Shown here in pieces: positions 61,572-64,000 of a stretch of 64,000 nucleotides of DNA. Source of the DNA: Gammaproteobacteria bacterium (GTDB taxonomy: Bacteria; Pseudomonadota; Gammaproteobacteria; JBCCGL01); contig OZ255836.1 of NCBI GenBank assembly GCA_965277715.1, forward strand, positions 2,016,001 through 2,080,000, written 5' to 3'. Below the pieces are notes generated by a model. That model saw only the letters and a program-made list of their open reading frames with translations. It ran no database searches and was not told where the DNA came from. A program made the translations under genes and the position numbers. How positions within the stretch are numbered: position 1 is the stretch's first letter; each line of letters starts with the position of its first letter.

Positions 61572-62291
61572 ATGACCACCAAGATTGGTAAAAAAATTGT
61601 CGGCTACCGGGTTGCTCCCCAAGATGAAAAAGCTGCAGCAACCGCTTCAAATACGCAAACATCGCCCATCAAAACGGCCGATGTTATCCATATGCATGAA
61701 AGCGTGGTACGACCGGAGATGCTTATCGGCTCCACCTATAAGGTCAAAACACCGGAAAATGTATCGCAACATGCGCTCTACATTACCATTAACGACATTG
61801 TGCTCAATCAAGGCACCGAACACGAATTGCGCCGTCCGTTTGAAGTGTTCATCAACTCCAAGAGTATGGATCATTTTCAGTGGATTGTAGCGCTGACACG
61901 CATTATTTCTGCGGTATTTCGCAAAGGCGGAGATGTTACATTCCTGGTTGAAGAGCTACGTTCAGTATTTGATCCCAGCGGGGGTTATTGGAAAAAGGGA
62001 GGCAAATTTATGCCTTCATTGGTCGCTGAAATTGGCGATGTAATCGAACAGCATATGATTCAAATTGGCCTGATTAAATCACCTCACCTGGACCAACACC
62101 AAAAAAAACTTATCGACGATAAACGTGCCGAATTTGAACTGACAGCCTCGCCCGGTAACGACGATACACCTGACCAGGAAGCGCTGTTTCCCGCCAGCGC
62201 GTCTCTGTGTCGACAATGCAGTACCAAAGCCGTGGTACTAATGGACGGTTGCATGACCTGCCTGAACTGCGGTGACTCCAAATGCGGATAG
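61572..62291 (+). CDS. nrdJb: Class II RNR C-terminal part (NrdJb/TSCPD)
   Basis: ALYITIND, RPFEVFINSK and C-terminal CRQC...GCMTCLNCGDSKCG. Confidence 0.88.
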   Translation: MTTKIGKKIVGYRVAPQDEKAAATASNTQTSPIKTADVIHMHESVVRPEMLIGSTYKVKTPENVSQHALYITINDIVLNQGTEHELRRPFEVFINSKSMDHFQWIVALTRIISAVFRKGGDVTFLVEELRSVFDPSGGYWKKGGKFMPSLVAEIGDVIEQHMIQIGLIKSPHLDQHQKKLIDDKRAEFELTASPGNDDTPDQEALFPASASLCRQCSTKAVVLMDGCMTCLNCGDSKCG

Positions 62292-62338
62292 ATGCATACA
62301 CCTCCTACTCCTCAATCCTATAGCTGTGGAGATTTGAA

Positions 62339-62584
62339 ATGAAATGCCATAACTGCACTACCACTATGGATCTCACCCGCTCAGCTTCCAGTGAACGCAG
62401 TAAAACGCAGTGGTATCGATGCCCAGTATGCCACTCCGAGCACATGAGCACCCGCCTGTCGATTGATGAAGATCAGCGGTACATGGACTTAGACCCATAC
62501 AGCAACTTCATAACCGCCAATAACCAGCACATCAACGCAAACGATGAGAGTAACTTTAAACTCAGACAGCTAGACTATCATTAA
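62339..62584 (+). CDS. Small putative Zn-ribbon protein
   Basis: CHNC...WYRCPVC; GGAGA RBS upstream. Confidence 0.6.
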   Translation: MKCHNCTTTMDLTRSASSERSKTQWYRCPVCHSEHMSTRLSIDEDQRYMDLDPYSNFITANNQHINANDESNFKLRQLDYH

Positions 62585-62591
62585 CCCTCAA

Positions 62592-62909
62592 AAGAAAGCT
62601 ATGCACTTAAACCCATTTTACCCAGATGAATACTTGTGGAACTTAGGAGGTGTTTACTAAAGCCTGAAACAATACCAAGATGCCATCAATACTATTGATC
62701 AAATGAATAACCCCATCACAGGAAACCGTATTCTTACAGCCAGCTATACCCAATTTGGTGAAATAGAAAAGGCCCGGCAAAGTGCACAAAAAATACTCTC
62801 AGCACATCCAGATTTTTCACTGGATGAATGGACCAAAATGATGCCAGATAAACATATGGAAGACACTATGCATTTTATCGAGGGACTCAGTAAAACTGGA
62901 TTACACTAA
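62592..62909 (+). pseudogene. C-terminal TPR remnant of a cyclase-TolB-TPR-type protein
   Basis: KKAMHLNPFYPDEYLWNLGGVY*SLKQY...HPDFSL..W...HFIEGLSKTGL, with an in-frame TAA at 62658. Confidence 0.7.
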
Positions 62910-62987
62910 TCACAAGTAGCATTATGAGCAATATGTACTAATATTTATTTTTAACATACGCCTAAATATCGCGGTCAGGATTTCCCG

Positions 62988-63626
62988 ATGAACCAACAAA
63001 CCACCGAAAGCACTCAACATTTCTACTTAAAGCCCTTTACGGCTGACCATTTGGCACAAGTTGCCGAGTGGTACGAAAACATTGATGATTTATCCATGAT
63101 TGAAAGCAAGGTGCCGGTACCGGTGAATGTCCAGTCACTTGAAAAAGCCTGGCATCACAACCTTTCACAAACAGAACCCCAAACCAGTTACATATTCTTT
63201 ATAGTGAGTAAGAGTAGCGAGCCGATAGGATATGTCGGCTTGCAGGACATAAATTATGCGCATGGGAATAGCGTGGTTTTTATCTATGTAAGAAAAGATA
63301 AGCGCTATTGCGGCATTGGGTTACGGTCTGTTGCATTAATGCTTGACCTGGCCTACGACCAACTGCGGTTACATCGGGGTACCACCTACGTTTATACGCA
63401 CAATACCCCTTCAGTAGCACTACTACAGCGTTGTGGATTTATCGATGAAGGGCGTATGCGGGAAGCCTGCTTCGTTGATGGAAAACACAATGATGTTAGG
63501 ATAGTAGGGATATTGGCAAAGGAATGGCATGCATTGAGAGAATCACTAAGCGATTCGCTTAGTCGACAAATGATTGTTTCAATTGGCAATAACGTAGATA
63601 ATAGATGGAATTGGCCTTCGGTATAA
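62988..63626 (+). CDS. RimJ/RimL-type GNAT acetyltransferase
   Basis: IGYVGL..I...HGN, R..GIG, QLRLHR and N.PS..LLQRCGF..EGRMRE. Confidence 0.85.
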   Translation: MNQQTTESTQHFYLKPFTADHLAQVAEWYENIDDLSMIESKVPVPVNVQSLEKAWHHNLSQTEPQTSYIFFIVSKSSEPIGYVGLQDINYAHGNSVVFIYVRKDKRYCGIGLRSVALMLDLAYDQLRLHRGTTYVYTHNTPSVALLQRCGFIDEGRMREACFVDGKHNDVRIVGILAKEWHALRESLSDSLSRQMIVSIGNNVDNRWNWPSV

Positions 63627-63650
63627 GCAAAATATTTATTGAGTAATCCA

Positions 63651-63744
63651 CTAGGAGTCTGTCGGATTCAGGACTGCTCTACTGCGGAAAAGTCGATTTG
63701 GCCCTTTCCCTCGCTACCAGCGCCTAAACCCGACAGACTCCTAG
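63651..63744. mobile_element. Short MITE-like element (94 bp)
   Basis: CTAGGAGTCTGTCGG...CCGACAGACTCCTAG, a perfect 15-bp IR extending to 22 bp with 2 mismatches. Confidence 0.75.
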
Positions 63745-63767
63745 CATTCGTTTGAGGGGATTTTTTG

Positions 63768-63910
63768 GTGACTAGTTGTAGCAATAATAAAAACAAGCGA
63801 GAGCTAAAAGCTATTTTATTTGCAGACGTGGCCAACTACACCCTTTCAACCCAAATGATGCTGATATTATGGCCGATATGGCTGATGCACTTGGACATGC
63901 AGGGCGTTCA
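63768..63910 (+). pseudogene. Internally deleted class III cyclase-TPR gene remnant
   Basis: GAGGGG RBS and GTG give ..KRELKAILFADVANY, joined out of frame to FNPNDADIMADMADALGHAGRS. Confidence 0.65.
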
Positions 63911-64000
63911 TATGCAAAAAAATACTTAAATCCCATCCAAATTTTTCACTTAAACACTGGATATCAATGATACCAGACAAGTCTCCTGATGACTCAGCGC

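Noticed and set aside
59341-62291. Intein, intron or frameshift splitting the RNR
   Set aside because: No intein motifs were seen, and the two-gene NrdJa/NrdJb arrangement is a known architecture.

Overview
This looks like a gammaproteobacterial chromosome segment and is mostly core genome. In order it carries: the start of an aryl-polyene/xanthomonadin-like fatty-acid cluster running off the left edge; tgt-queA; tRNA-Leu(CAA) followed by a decayed islet (frameshifted gene fragment, intact IS4-family element, VOC gene, integrase stub); a divergent dimethylglycine-dehydrogenase-like/MttB pair; icmF opposite a LiuR-like MerR; rlmB-rnr; tRNA-Leu(CAG) with a hicB pseudogene; sspBA-petCBA-nif3/degS; a sulfatase, lysR/aceA, msrA, HDAC, tpm, cfa, SLC13, trmB, an acyl-CoA ligase and a peroxiredoxin; mlaBCDEF/mlaA-kdsDC-lptCAB-rpoN-hpf-ptsN-hprK-rapZ-ptsH-ptsI-mgtE; a split class II ribonucleotide reductase with NrdR and DnaA boxes; and an AT-rich right end where fragments of a cyclase-TPR gene lie in permuted order around a GNAT and a MITE. 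I found no CRISPR array, prophage, defence system or clear-cut novel multi-gene system. The best leads are the permuted cyclase-TPR remnant, MITE-like hairpins sharing an ERIC-like core, a probable CTG start for trmB, a small Zn-ribbon ORF after nrdJb and several regulatory sites. All product calls come from motif recognition by eye; no searches were run.
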